Positions 1 through 16,571 of a stretch of DNA of 39,684 bases are shown one piece after another. The position numbers were made by a program, and so were the translations under genes. Within the stretch, counting starts at the first letter, position 1, and every line of letters begins with the position of its first letter. Under the pieces are notes generated by a model. It worked only from the letters and a program-made list of their open reading frames with translations. It did not search any database and was not told the DNA's origin. The stretch covers positions 248,001-287,684 of the forward strand of contig CAJNYD010000058.1 of assembly GCA_905331295.1 (NCBI GenBank), in the 5' to 3' direction. Source of the DNA: Rotaria socialis (lineage: Eukaryota).

Positions 1-444
1 TCATTGGATTCAAACATATCATTTTCGAAAAATTAAATCGATTTCAATGCAATCAGGAAAACTAATGATGTTTTTATTTTGTTATTAAAACTTTATCTGA
101 ATTACTTATAGTATAATTTAGATAAAAGCTATGAAAAAAATGAATTGTCTATTATAATTTCAATTTTTTGTAGATGATCATGCAAATGAATGTTGATGCA
201 TAATTTTTTTTCTCAGTTAATCATTATCAATGGCTTTGAGCTCAAATCGAAGTCTATTTCATCAAACCCAATATTTCACCTTCATTTTGTTTAATATTGT
301 CGTATTCTAAAGTAAAAGCGGAGCATAATTGAATCTAGTAAAAAAATTGTTCACTTCTCACTTTTCTATATACGCAATAGTAGAGAAATCCTTAGTTCGT
401 TACGAGTATTAAACTGAGATTATGGTTCGACTCTACTGAAAAAG

Positions 445-697
445 AAAACCATACGGAACCATTTTTGAAACAAATTCAATGGCTTCAAAAAGGTTTCGTA
501 AAACACCAAGCTAGTCTCAAAACGATTATCAAGAGTTCAGAAAACGTTCTCGAAGGTTTTGTGGAAAACCTACGAAACCTAAAAAAGGTTCAGAATTCGT
601 TTCAAAGTGTAAAACCTTTTCTAAGTTCAGTGAGCGCATTCGAAACCCTTTATGAATTTTTTTTACAGCATACAACACTTTTTTGGTTCCGTGCGAT
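445..697. mobile_element. Possible degenerate non-autonomous DNA transposon (MITE-like) with nested inverted repeats
   Basis: ACGGAACCA (~453) is inverted to TGGTTCCGT (~684), and AGGTTTCGTA (~491) is inverted to TACGAAACCT (~571). The segment is rich in GAACC/GAAACC and GGTTC/GGTTT motifs. No clear TSD was found. Confidence 0.3.
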
Positions 698-1398
698 GCT
701 ATTTTGTTTTCAATGTACTAAGACTTTTAACTGCTCAGGTATTGAGTTATTATGTTATGTTCCATGGTACCTGTACATAATAAGACAAACACACACACAC
801 CTCAACTAATACTGAATAAATATTCTAAAATAAAAATACTGTTAACTTAATACTAAAATCTCTGATGCCTATGATGATAACTTTTGTGCGACATTCCTAA
901 CGTGGCTTTGTACAGATTAAAGTCGTATATTGAAGGTTGAAGAAATTTAAGCGTCGTAGTAATCCGTTGAGTTTTACATGCACCCATACAGCAAAAGCTT
1001 TTAGGAGAAAAATCTGCGTAATTTAGCTGAATACGCCTGTTTAGTACTTATTTGTTTCGCCTGGTTCATAAGCTTGAGTTTGACTATGGCAGCAATATCT
1101 TGAAATGGTAACGACCTATATAAACCAGTGACATCTATATAATTCTAGAAATTATTACTATATATAAAGTACTCTGAAGATTATTTACAGATACAAAAAA
1201 GTCAGAAAAAAAAGAAATTTGTTTATTCCAACAAATTGATTGGTGTACAATTCTATACGAGAAATTATGAGCTTATTAGAATCGATGTGATGAAAGTGCA
1301 AAGAGAAACAAATTTTTCAAGAAATTTCTTCAGAATCAATATACATACCGACATTTTTCTTTTCTAGTTTCGTATTGATAATTCTTAGTAAAGCAGAG

Positions 1399-6021
<4,623 letters not shown>

Positions 6022-6740
6022 CTACGTGTCTGTTTTTCTCGTCTTGTTCTTCTTCTGTTTTGTTTTGTATATGCAAAATTCTTTATGTTTGTTTGTGTTT
6101 ATTTATGAGAAAACAAAAAATAACGTGTTATTCATTTGAATAAAATCTTGAGCTGGTTTATTGAATTGATTGTCAAGATTTAAAGATCAGACAATAAATC
6201 GTTTTTGTAGTATATTTCAATCAAAATCTATCATCTTGTAGGTGTACTTAGGAAGACATTCACATTGCTTTCTGGGTGATTTATAGTAACAAGAGAAACA
6301 TTTGAGTTTTGAAAGTCAAAAAAAAGTAACACTTCAAGTAACATTCATGTCATCGTGATTTATATTTTCTAAAATTTAATTTGAGTTGCTACTAAAAACA
6401 TCCGATCTGAAATAAGATATTCAAATTGATCATTTACAAATACACATTGGTATATATTAGTGGTGTTAACTATATGATAGTGAAAGGAGCCTGAGTTACG
6501 TTCTCATAAAAACCATCGAATTATCTTTAGCAGCCTTCAGAGATAGATTCATTTTTCCTAGCAATTATTTTACAGTAAGCCCACTACAATCAGTGTTCAG
6601 TAATATTTCTCAATCTTCATGCGTGTTCTGTTTCATGTAGGTGTCTGTCGTGAATCCGTTTCCCTTGCTCATTTCTGCCGCATAAACGTTGCAAGAGTGA
6701 TTCATAAACATACACAGACAATTACCATAGACCAAACGGG

Positions 6741-6762
6741 TGATGATGATGATGATGATGAT
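6741..6762. repeat. (GAT)n microsatellite
   Basis: About 7 copies of GAT in intergenic DNA. Confidence 0.8.
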
Positions 6763-7668
6763 TATAGTATTTCTAGAACGCTCAAATTTTACTTGATGAC
6801 CTTTACAGCAATCCATTAAAAATACGGATTTGAAATCATCTGTTTCAAAATTTTTGTAAACTGTTCGATGTTAATCCTAGACAGTTCACTTACAAATACA
6901 CGCTATTCGTGTAATATTAGAGATGCGAAAGTTCAGAGAAGTTATCACAATAACAACGATTTTTCTTCCAAAAAAATGATAATCATTTTTATTGTAAAAG
7001 TTATCAGAACAGAAAAGTCTTCTGGGCTGCTTGGCAACAAATGGGTAATAATATGATCTTTTTCACTCTATTGTTAAAAATAAATTGACTATTCTTATAT
7101 ATCAGAGTAAGTGATGGTTTGATTGCTTTAAATTTTTTGGAACAATATCAAAGACTTGATAATCAAAATGATTAAATAAAGCCAAAATAAATTACAGAGA
7201 TCACGAATAAACTAGAACTAATATGTAAACTGCTGGTATAAATATGTCGAGATCCTGTTTTTTTTGATTGATAATCCATTTTTTGAGTGTTTATACGTCA
7301 TTTTCAGATGCGTACTGCTAGAAAGTGTCAACAACAATGAATAGTTTCTTTTTCATAAAAACAAATAAACAAGGTAGCAGTCTATTAATGTCAATAATAT
7401 GGTGAGTAAAACGCGGATGTTCAAGTTCTTAGCAAAGTAAATCATATTTAATGAAATTCTTACAAAGAGAATTCCAGTTTACATGTATGGTTTAGGTCTA
7501 GGCATAAATAGGATTAATTTTCGATTAGTTTAATAAGTTTGTTGCCTATCTCGCTCGGATAGATTAGTTGTATCTTTAAATTAAATTTTGTTTTAAATTT
7601 ATTTTCAGAAAACAGAACAGTTAAGAAAGCAATGTACAAAATTTCAATCATTGTATCATTGAAATTGA

Positions 7669-8304
7669 TTATTTCAAAGCATTCATTTTCATGATACATC
7701 GTTGTCGATAGCATTCTTGAAGTTTCGTAGAATCGAATCTTGCTTCGTTTGAACGTATGAAACTGACTGCTGCTTGTATTAAATGATAAATAGTTTCTTC
7801 CAGATGATCATCACGCAATTCATTTACAGAGAAAATTTGAAGTATTGATAAAAAATCTTTATACGCCGATTCGTCACGTTGACCTGTGATAAGATCAGTT
7901 ACAACAGCAGTTAATTTTAATATATCAATATTTTTACATAATTTCATTTTCATCTGATCATTTATTTCTTGCTTAGTTTCCAATTTATTTTCATTGACAG
8001 CAGTGGTTATGTTCGTCATTCGAAATAATATATTTTTTGACTGTTCATGTTTTCGTTCAAGAGAACGGATCGTTTGAGGAAACGCATCTAGTTCATAGTT
8101 TGATGCTTTTTGACCAGACCAATCTTTAATATCACATTGCCAACCGGCTGTTGATACTTTATCATTATCTCTAGCTGATTCAATATCATGGTTTAGTTCG
8201 TCAGGTGCCTGTATTTGTGTGCGAATACTATCAAGTAATGGTATTGGTTCGCCGGAAGAGGTTACATTCTTTGAAGTACCATTTTTTTTACGTGATTTCG
8301 GCAT
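7669..8304 (-). CDS. Intronless hypothetical protein, 211 aa, with a basic N-terminus and predicted helical/coiled-coil body
   Basis: 636-nt ATG-initiated ORF in ~70% AT DNA, with balanced protein-like composition and an NLS-like PKSRKK start. No family recognised. Confidence 0.6.
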   Translation of the reverse strand: MPKSRKKNGTSKNVTSSGEPIPLLDSIRTQIQAPDELNHDIESARDNDKVSTAGWQCDIKDWSGQKASNYELDAFPQTIRSLERKHEQSKNILFRMTNITTAVNENKLETKQEINDQMKMKLCKNIDILKLTAVVTDLITGQRDESAYKDFLSILQIFSVNELRDDHLEETIYHLIQAAVSFIRSNEARFDSTKLQECYRQRCIMKMNALK

Positions 8305-8731
8305 TCTACTAATATCTGAGTTAATTATCTATTTACATCTACAAGAAAATTTGAGTTATTCGATAATTTCCATCTTTTAACTAGCCACGGCAAATGAATT
8401 TCTTTAGTCTACTAACTGATTCATAATTAGATTCAACCCATCAATCAGGACGAGAAAAACAATTTCAAGCTCGAAACGCTCAATATTCTTATCACGTGTA
8501 AGCAAATAAGACAAAATAATGTCACATATAGATCCATTCTTGGTTTTATTTCAATAATGATCTGTTCCTTCAAACACGCACATACAACGATCAGATGAAC
8601 AGAAATAAAGCCATTGACAACACATAAACAAAATGAAAAAAAAAAGAAACGATTTCTTTACACAATACACGAGTGTAACTATGGAATACAACGAAAAGAA
8701 AAACAAGAAAGCTCAAGCAATCATTATAGAT

Positions 8732-10264
8732 CTAGTCATCATCATTATTTTTTGTTTCACTCTCTCCTGGTGTTGGTGATGACCGACTTTCATCGTTGTC
8801 ATCGTTATCGATTTTTTCATTATTCGATTTATCAATATCGTTTTTCTTTGTTTCTTTTTTAGTATCATCATCTTTTGATGGTGATCGAGATCCACGATCA
8901 CGATTTTTCTCAACCGGAGTTGATGAACGTTCACGCGATGAACTAAATAAAGCAACACGATGAAATCTAAATTTACAAAAAAATCAAATTCACGTTACCT
9001 TCGTTGACGTGTTCTATTAAACAAAACGAGAGATACAGAAAAGGAATGGCTTTAATTTTCTTTTCAACAATAATAATCTTACTTTTTTTCTACCGGTGAT
9101 CGACTTGATGATGAACGACGTTTACGTTTACTTTCTTTCTTTGAACGTGAGTGTGATCGCGAACGACGATGTCGTCGTGATGATCGACGTTCTTCATGAG
9201 ATGATGAGCGAGATCTACAACAAACAAACAATAATTGACTTTTCTTGTCAACATCGTATCTAGAGATATCTTACCGTGATCGAGTTGGTGAACGTTTTCG
9301 ATCACGTCGGCTTGGTCGTCGATCATCATCATCACGTTTTGTATCGGGTGATCTAAATATATGAAAGTTTTTCATTTGAATTTTTCTTTCTTGATTAAAA
9401 ACAACCAACAACATTAAAAAAACATATCTTTCATAATTCCATGAATATAGCATGTTCATGCGCCATCGCACTGTGTTCGTCAAAGACTTTTAAATAAAAT
9501 TACTCACTGTTTGCAGAGAAGAGTACGCAGAGGAGAACTGCAGAATAGGAGATCAGCTGGCTGAAAAGTATCTGTAGAAATGCCGCTGTATACATGTGTA
9601 GAAATACGATCAGAATAGATGAGCATGAACAACTGAGATGATGATCATGGATGAACAGAGGCAGCAACAACGCTGAACAATAGGACATAAATAAATGGGA
9701 TTAGCAAGAGAAAACAAAAAAAATTAGGAAAAACAAATTAATTTTTTTTATCTCCAGAATATTTAAATCATTAGAAAAATACAAATACTAGCTGAATCAA
9801 TCCAATTTTTTTCTGAGATCATTCACTTACCGATAACCGGGTGATCTTTGACGTAAGTAGCCACGCCCAAATGAGCCACCTTTTTTACCTCCTGTTGGCC
9901 GAGCATGTTCGACACGAACACGACGTCCACAAATAGTTCTAAATGAGAAGGAAAAAAGAAATTATATTGTCAGAGAAAATTTGCTAAAATTTTTACCGTC
10001 CATCGAGTTCTTCTACAGCACGTTCAGCATCATCAGCATGTTTATAAACAATAAAAGCAAAACCTGGTGGATTACGTGCTACCCAACAATCAACAAGTGG
10101 ACCAAATGTATCAAATTCTCTTTCTAATTCAAATTTATTGGTACGACTTCCTAAAAATGATATTGTCTAAGATTTTATTTAGTTTTATATTTTCATCACT
10201 TACCAAGATCACCACAAAATACTCGATAACCCCCAAAATTTCTATCAAATTGTGGGCCACCCAT
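8732..10264 (-). CDS. SRSF3: SR splicing factor of the SRSF3/SRSF7 (RBP1/SRp20/9G8) family with no zinc knuckle. Exons: 10264-10204, 10150-9997, 9938-9831, 9352-9275, 9214-9083, 9013-8999 (microexon), 8942-8732
   Basis: The spliced translation is [93 protein letters not shown] is diagnostic of the SRSF3/7 RRM. An RS domain and an acidic tail follow. Confidence 0.9.
9508..9672 (-). other. Putative poison (PTC-containing) cassette exon of the SR gene
   Basis: Branch-like CTAAT, a TTCAG acceptor and a GTGAGT donor flank a 165-nt segment with higher GC than the surrounding intron. Read in phase 2 it gives R-VVAASVHP-TGA (stop at 9647-9645), ~137 nt before the next junction. Confidence 0.7.
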
Positions 10265-11094
10265 GTTTAGTATTACAATTGTGCAGTAGATGAATGTAAC
10301 AAACTTTCTATCTCGACGTCCAAGTTACTCTCTAAAATGAAGAAAAAATGTCCAACATTTCTTTAATATGTTACTCAATAAGAATGAAAATTGTTTTTTT
10401 TGTTCGACTAGAAAGACATATTCTTTTCTTCGTACGTCCGTCCGCGTCTATTTGTCAAGTATATTTTATAAGTTATCAATGCATTTGGTAACCGTTAGTT
10501 TTCATTCGCCTGATTTCAATCTAATAAAATTATTATCTTGCTCTGTCTGTGTCGTTGGAGACTTGAATGCATTACAGCAAAGCATGCAACATGCATTCAT
10601 TCATTGGATTTGTGACTGTTGTGAAATTTTCGATGAGTCATACTACTTTAACAACTACTGATTTAGCTATGCATTTTATTGAGGTGTTCGATAAATATGG
10701 ATCCTATACTCTATTCAATATATAAAAATAAAAGAGCTCTATTCTAAAATCTAAAGAAATACTCTTCTCTACGAGCAAGTTACGCTGTAGTATGTGTGCG
10801 TTTGCAATTTGTTTTTGGTTTGTGCTGCTCTCTAGACTTTCATTTTAATAACTCTACGTACAATGAACAAAATAAGTGAATGCAATGGATGATGAGATGG
10901 TAACTGCGGTCTATATTCAATTCTTAGTTATTTTAGTTACGATCTTCTTGATTCATTCATTGATGTAAGATATTTTTTGTAGATGGCGCGAGAAGTACGT
11001 ATCATTCATAGCAATGGCGAAGAAAAAGTAGGTGTTTATTCCTCTGACAGCAAAGGATAGTATTAATTGAAAGTTTTCTTTCGGTTTCTGAAAG

Positions 11095-11777
11095 ATGGCA
11101 TATCGAAATGAAAATGGTTTTGTTCGTTCAACAAATACGACGACACCAACAGCAACACCTGGAACCAATACAGGCGATAATGATCGAAGTGTAAATTGAT
11201 GAAGTGAAAATAATTTTTGTTTTATTGTATTTCATTTTATTTCTCTCAAGCTTTTGGATAAACGTGCTATTCAAGAATTAATTAAACAAGTAGATCCAAT
11301 GATGCAAATCGATGAAGAAGTTGAAGATGTATGTTTCTCTTGATGATCAACTCATGATTTTTGAATTATACTTCACTACAGATGTTGGTTCAAATAGCAG
11401 AAGAATTCGTTGATTCAACATTAGCTGCTTCATGTCAAAATGCAAAACATAGAAAATCGAATACTGTTGAATCGAAAGATGTTCAACTGTATCTTGGTAG
11501 GTCGAATCCCGCTGAATATGGATAGGAGATTTTGTTTTATTGTATTTTACAGAACGAACATACAGTATGTGGATTCCAGGCTTCGGTACGGAAGATCCAA
11601 AACAATATAAAAAGTTTCTAACAAATGACGTACTTAAGGCAGTAGGTTATTGTACAATTAAAAATAATCCGTTTTTTTATGCATTTTAATTTTTAGTCAT
11701 TAAAAACACCATACATGTCGTCAACAGCAAATGCTAAATCATCAAATTCTAAACAGCAACCGTCTCAATCTACTTAA
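11095..11777 (+). CDS. TAF12: TFIID subunit TAF12 (histone fold). Exons: 11095-11190, 11251-11328, 11382-11496, 11553-11629 (or 11641), 11697-11777
   Basis: The spliced translation includes LLDKRAIQELIKQVDPMMQIDEEVEDMLVQIAEEFVDSTLAASCQNAKHRKSNTVESKDVQLYLERTYSMWIPGFG, which matches the TAF12 histone fold. It is missing from the ORF track because the exons are short. Confidence 0.92.
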
Positions 11778-12634
11778 TTTGTGAAAGGGCATACTTATTT
11801 TTACTTTCCAGTGTTGATATTGTTAAGAATGAAATAAAATCGTGTATATATTCTGCATAAATTTATTCTTTTACTTTTCGTATAGAAACAATTAGAGTTC
11901 TTAAAACTAAGTCAGTGTCGTTGATATAACATACCAAAAAATAAACCAAGCAGTACGAACAACCCTATTTTACACTCTTGCCTACAGTTTTCAATTGTAT
12001 TTTGAGGCTCAAGTATGACTAGTTATTTTTCATAAATGGATTAAAATAATCCAAAAATCTACAAAAAAAATAGTATTGAAGAAATATTATTTTTTGTGAA
12101 ATGAATCATACTGACATGATAGTAGAATATTGAGTCAGATGAATAAAAATATATACGAAGAAACATGACTTCTCAACACTGGAAGTAGCGAATCGAAAAA
12201 ATTTGAGAGATTCCGATTTTTAAAAAGCAGTGTAACATAGAAAAGTATTTTAAAGGCACATGAGCAAGTGTCATGATTGATTTGCCTGGTATAGATAATG
12301 TCATTATGCATCAGCTTACTGTATTTACTTATCGATTTTGTATTTTCAGATGTGTTTGTTGTATATAAATGATAAAAAGCATATGATACTATTACTGATC
12401 AATTTTTATTAGAAAAAGAAAATCAACTAGATATATCACATTATTTTTTCAAACAATCTAGTAATATCTTCATTGAAGTTCTTCAACTACCTCCGTAATC
12501 ATTTTAAAATTAAATCATAACGTAAGCAAAACATGTGAAAATATATTCACTGAGAAAATTTGTTAATTTTATCATATAGTATATTAGTTTTATTTGCTTT
12601 CACTTTAGATTCTATATTTTATATTTCTCTCGTG

Positions 12635-13684
12635 ATGAATATCATCGTTATCAAGTTAATTCTTTCGGCTGTTTTTTTCTTTTCGACTTTTTTTGTTTCA
12701 ACTCTACCTATTTACCTATTTTCATGGATCAAAAATCGTAACAAATCGAGTTCTACTCGAGTACAAATTTCATCATGCTCGCTCAATACATTATTAACTT
12801 GCGTAACTTCATTTGGTGGTGGCATTTTTCTTGGTGCATGTTTACTTGATTTATTACCTGAAGTTGTTCATCATATTAATACAACTATCAAAAATGAATT
12901 TCAATATGATAATCAAAATTTTAAACGTTATCCGATCGCTGAATTTCTTATTGGTTGTGGACTTTTTTTAGTTCTATTTATTGAACAAGTAATTTTATCG
13001 TGTCAAACAGTTTCTGTACATTCCGTAGCACATATGAGTAAAAAGCCGACAATAGTATTGTCACCTGAAGATGATGAAACATCGTTTGCAAATGTAAACG
13101 ATCAAGATCCATTAGTGATTAGAAATTCGAGTAGTGAACATCAATTTGAGATTAGTGAACATAAAGATAACTTGACGACAAATAAAAATCGATTAATATT
13201 AACAAGAAATTTTATTTTAATACTTTCTTTAATTATCCATTCAATATTCGAAGGTATGGCACTTGGTTCCAATAATGAATATAAATCATTTTTTGAATTA
13301 TTTTTTGCTATTATCCTTCATAAATCGATTATTGCATTTAGCGTTGGATTAAAGTTAATGAATATAACAAATAAGCGTTTAGCTTATTTGTCATGCTTTT
13401 TAATTTCAATTGCAACACCCATTGGAATTTTATTTATAATTAGTATGCAAGAGTTATTACCTACAAATCGTGCTACAAAAATCTTTCATGAAATTTTACG
13501 TGCTTTTGCATGCGGAACTTTCTTTTATATCACATTTTTTGATGTTTTACCAAATGAATTAAACATGTCTACACATCATCGACATTCTTCATCAAATAAT
13601 GCAAATCGTTGTCGTCTTGCGAAAGTTTTCTGTATACTTCTTGGCTTTAGCTTTATTGGATTACTATCGTTTTTAATGAAATAA
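12635..13684 (+). CDS. ZIP (SLC39 subfamily II, ZIP1-3-like) zinc/metal transporter, 349 aa, intronless CDS
   Basis: Multiple TM helices with FGGGIFLGACLLDLLPE, YPIAEFLIGCGLFLVLFIEQ, the TM4 signature HSIFEGMALG, TM5 HK, TPIGI and A(C)GTFFYI. Confidence 0.93.
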   Translation: MNIIVIKLILSAVFFFSTFFVSTLPIYLFSWIKNRNKSSSTRVQISSCSLNTLLTCVTSFGGGIFLGACLLDLLPEVVHHINTTIKNEFQYDNQNFKRYPIAEFLIGCGLFLVLFIEQVILSCQTVSVHSVAHMSKKPTIVLSPEDDETSFANVNDQDPLVIRNSSSEHQFEISEHKDNLTTNKNRLILTRNFILILSLIIHSIFEGMALGSNNEYKSFFELFFAIILHKSIIAFSVGLKLMNITNKRLAYLSCFLISIATPIGILFIISMQELLPTNRATKIFHEILRAFACGTFFYITFFDVLPNELNMSTHHRHSSSNNANRCRLAKVFCILLGFSFIGLLSFLMK

Positions 13685-15838
13685 ATCTCATATGTAATAT
13701 GTTGTTGCCTATTTTCTTTGTAATAAGTGTTATTGTCATTGTAATTGTCTATCATTCAACAAGAACAATAAAGCGTTCATACGAGTTCAAAAGAATTTTG
13801 AATAACGAGTTTTTTATCGAATAATGGATGTATAGAATTCAACCATGTAAACAAACGCGCACTATGGAAAATAGAATTCCCTTAGGGAAAAAAAAGAGAA
13901 AAGTCTGCATACCTAACGGTTCTAGTTTATTTACTGATACGAAATATCAAAACAGTTTCATCTCTAATGTAACTATAGAAGATTTTACTTGTTCGAATGA
14001 AAACTATTTTGATTAATAAAAATTATTATTTTATACAGCTCTCTATGTGCAAAACTAATCGATTTCTCTGTTTGTTTCTATAAGTTTTCGAAGAATAAAA
14101 TGAATCTAACTCTTGTTCCATTTTGTTAGTATTGGAAGGTGTTTTGTAACTTTTAGATGATTTATTTCTTGTTGCTGGCAATCGATTGTGAACAAGAAGA
14201 AATTTGAAATTTCGTGATTAAACATTTCACTGTGAAATTCAATTCTATATATTGACCATAATATAGAATCTATAGTTCAAGGAAGTTGTCTGCTCACTGA
14301 TATAAAAGAGAAGAAATACTGCTCATGAGAATTAGGAGCCACAAGAGCAGTCGTGCGACACCAGGCCCGCATGCTATTACTAATGTTATAGAGAGTGACA
14401 AATATGATGCATTCGGGTTTATCTTTTACTGGTACAGAATTAAAAGTTGAATAATGATTCATGAGAGAATATTAGCCAGTTCGATCATTGTTTACCTGTC
14501 AGATAGAATTTAATATTGGTAGGGCAAAAAAATCACTGGCGTCTCAATTGTCAATATCATCTTAAATTATTGTTGCAATATGTTCCATCATACTGAGATC
14601 GATTGATTCTCTAGACTAGATATCTCCAACAAATACTTGATCATATTTTGTTGGATACATCACTTTTTTTACTTAAGATAAATATAACCTCATCAATAGC
14701 TATTTTTTCATTCCTTGTTTCATAGACAACATGTGCTGCATTCGATTGAGAGTGAGCTGTTACTCGTCAGTCTAAGATTTACCATTATCTTGGTAATTGA
14801 ATTTCACATCTATATGCTGTATCCTTAAAAACAGAATTCTTTTTTGTCGTATCTAAGTTCCTGACAGCTGGTTAATTTATGATTAGATGTTGAGTTTTGA
14901 TAAATTTGATGAGATGGATTACACTTCTTTCATTAATTTTACTGCTATTTTTATATTGAGGGAGAAACAGTCGTCAAGAATAACTAATTGGCTAGAAATT
15001 TTCCGGCCACAGATTGAGTTCTTTTGGTAATAATGAAATAATTTTATTATGATTTTAAAAATGAAGGAAAAAATATAGAAACGTCTATCTGATTAGATAT
15101 TACTACTGTTTCGTTTATTTCAAAAAAACGACTATGTCGTTAGTTTTACAGATCTTATCGATGATAATCTGATATCCATCACCTTAGGAGCAGAAAATTA
15201 ACATTGATCTTTATCGACATTCTCTTCGATTTCAGATATTTCGAAATTTAATCGTTTCAGTAAGGACAAATATAATGTAAGAGATCACAATAGAAATCCT
15301 TGTCAAATGCTAAAGGCAACTCGTCTTGTTTTTTTATCTTTAACAAGATATACGTTCCAATCTTGTTTATATCAAAGTATCTCTATCAACCTTGTCCTAT
15401 TAATCAAATCTTTGCAAATACAGTTCTTTTCTTGATTTCAAGTAATTGTTCACATAATATTCGTAGTACGTATATAATGTCATTGCATTGTGAATTCTTC
15501 AACAACTATGAAAACAAAACCTTTTTCTATTAATATCGCAGTCAAACTAAAGACATTTGACTCAATTCATTAGTCTTCAATACTATATTTCAATATTTAT
15601 TGTCAAAAAGTTGAACTGGTTCAAAATGAGACATGCTATGTATTTTGTTTTTCTCTTGGATTTTGATATAATATATGACTGATTCATTAGATTTTCAAAA
15701 TATTTATTCGACTGAATTATACTCAAAAAAGAAACAAAAATGACACACTTTTCCTTAATAATCTGGCATGCAATAGCTTTTTGTCGTATACAGAGTATGA
15801 TTCAAAACGAAAAGAATTCAACTTTGAAATAGATCAAT

Positions 15839-16571
15839 TTATCGATTAGACATCAAATATAATTCGCATTTAATTTCCTCTATCTCAGTTTCATGTTTCG
15901 CATTTAATTTGTCGATTGTTGATACATGAATATCACTTAGATAATTCATTTTTGAATCAAAACTTGTTTTTAAATTGCTGAGTGCAGTTCGAAAATTATC
16001 AATATATGTATTGAATAAATTTAAAGGCCTTTGACGTTGTTGATTAATTAAATGATGACAAAGTTCATTCATTTCACAGGATTGATGTTGAATACAATCA
16101 TTGATCATTTTTGAATGTGCACCTAATTCTTTTTGATGCAATAATCTATACATTGGTATGAATAGAAATAAAAATATCGATGATGATCAAAGTAAAAAAG
16201 TACACTGACCTTAAACTTTCAATATCTTCAATACTTTTTTGTAAAATATTTGTTACGTAAGCAGATAAGTTCGTAGTAGTACCCTGAACTAATTCAGCGT
16301 GATGTTGAACAACAGATTGTATTTCATCTTGAAATCGTTGTTGTAATAAACGTGACTGTTCAGCAAATTCAGTATTATTACGTGCAGCTATTTGGGCTCG
16401 TAATTGTTGAAGTTGACATTCAAGCATATGTTTATCCAATTGAAGTTTTGTTATTAATTCATTTTGTTGTTTATCTTTTTTCTCGTTGATAGTTTCCACA
16501 AGTAATTTCTTTTTATCTTGATTTTGTTCATCTGGTGCGACCACAACAATGAGGTCTGGCGGATTCTCCAT
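15839..16571 (-). CDS. Hypothetical coiled-coil protein, ~222 aa, 2 coding exons (16571-16210, 16145-15839)
   Basis: Two ORFs join in frame through a phase-2 intron (AG|gtcagt...tag|A). The product is Q/E/L-rich with heptad patterning. An acceptor lies directly before the ATG and a candidate 5'UTR donor (gtaagg) is at ~16713. Confidence 0.7.

Noticed and set aside
465..809. 114-aa ORF
   Set aside because: It has a non-ATG start, overlaps a repeat-like element and has no recognisable domain.
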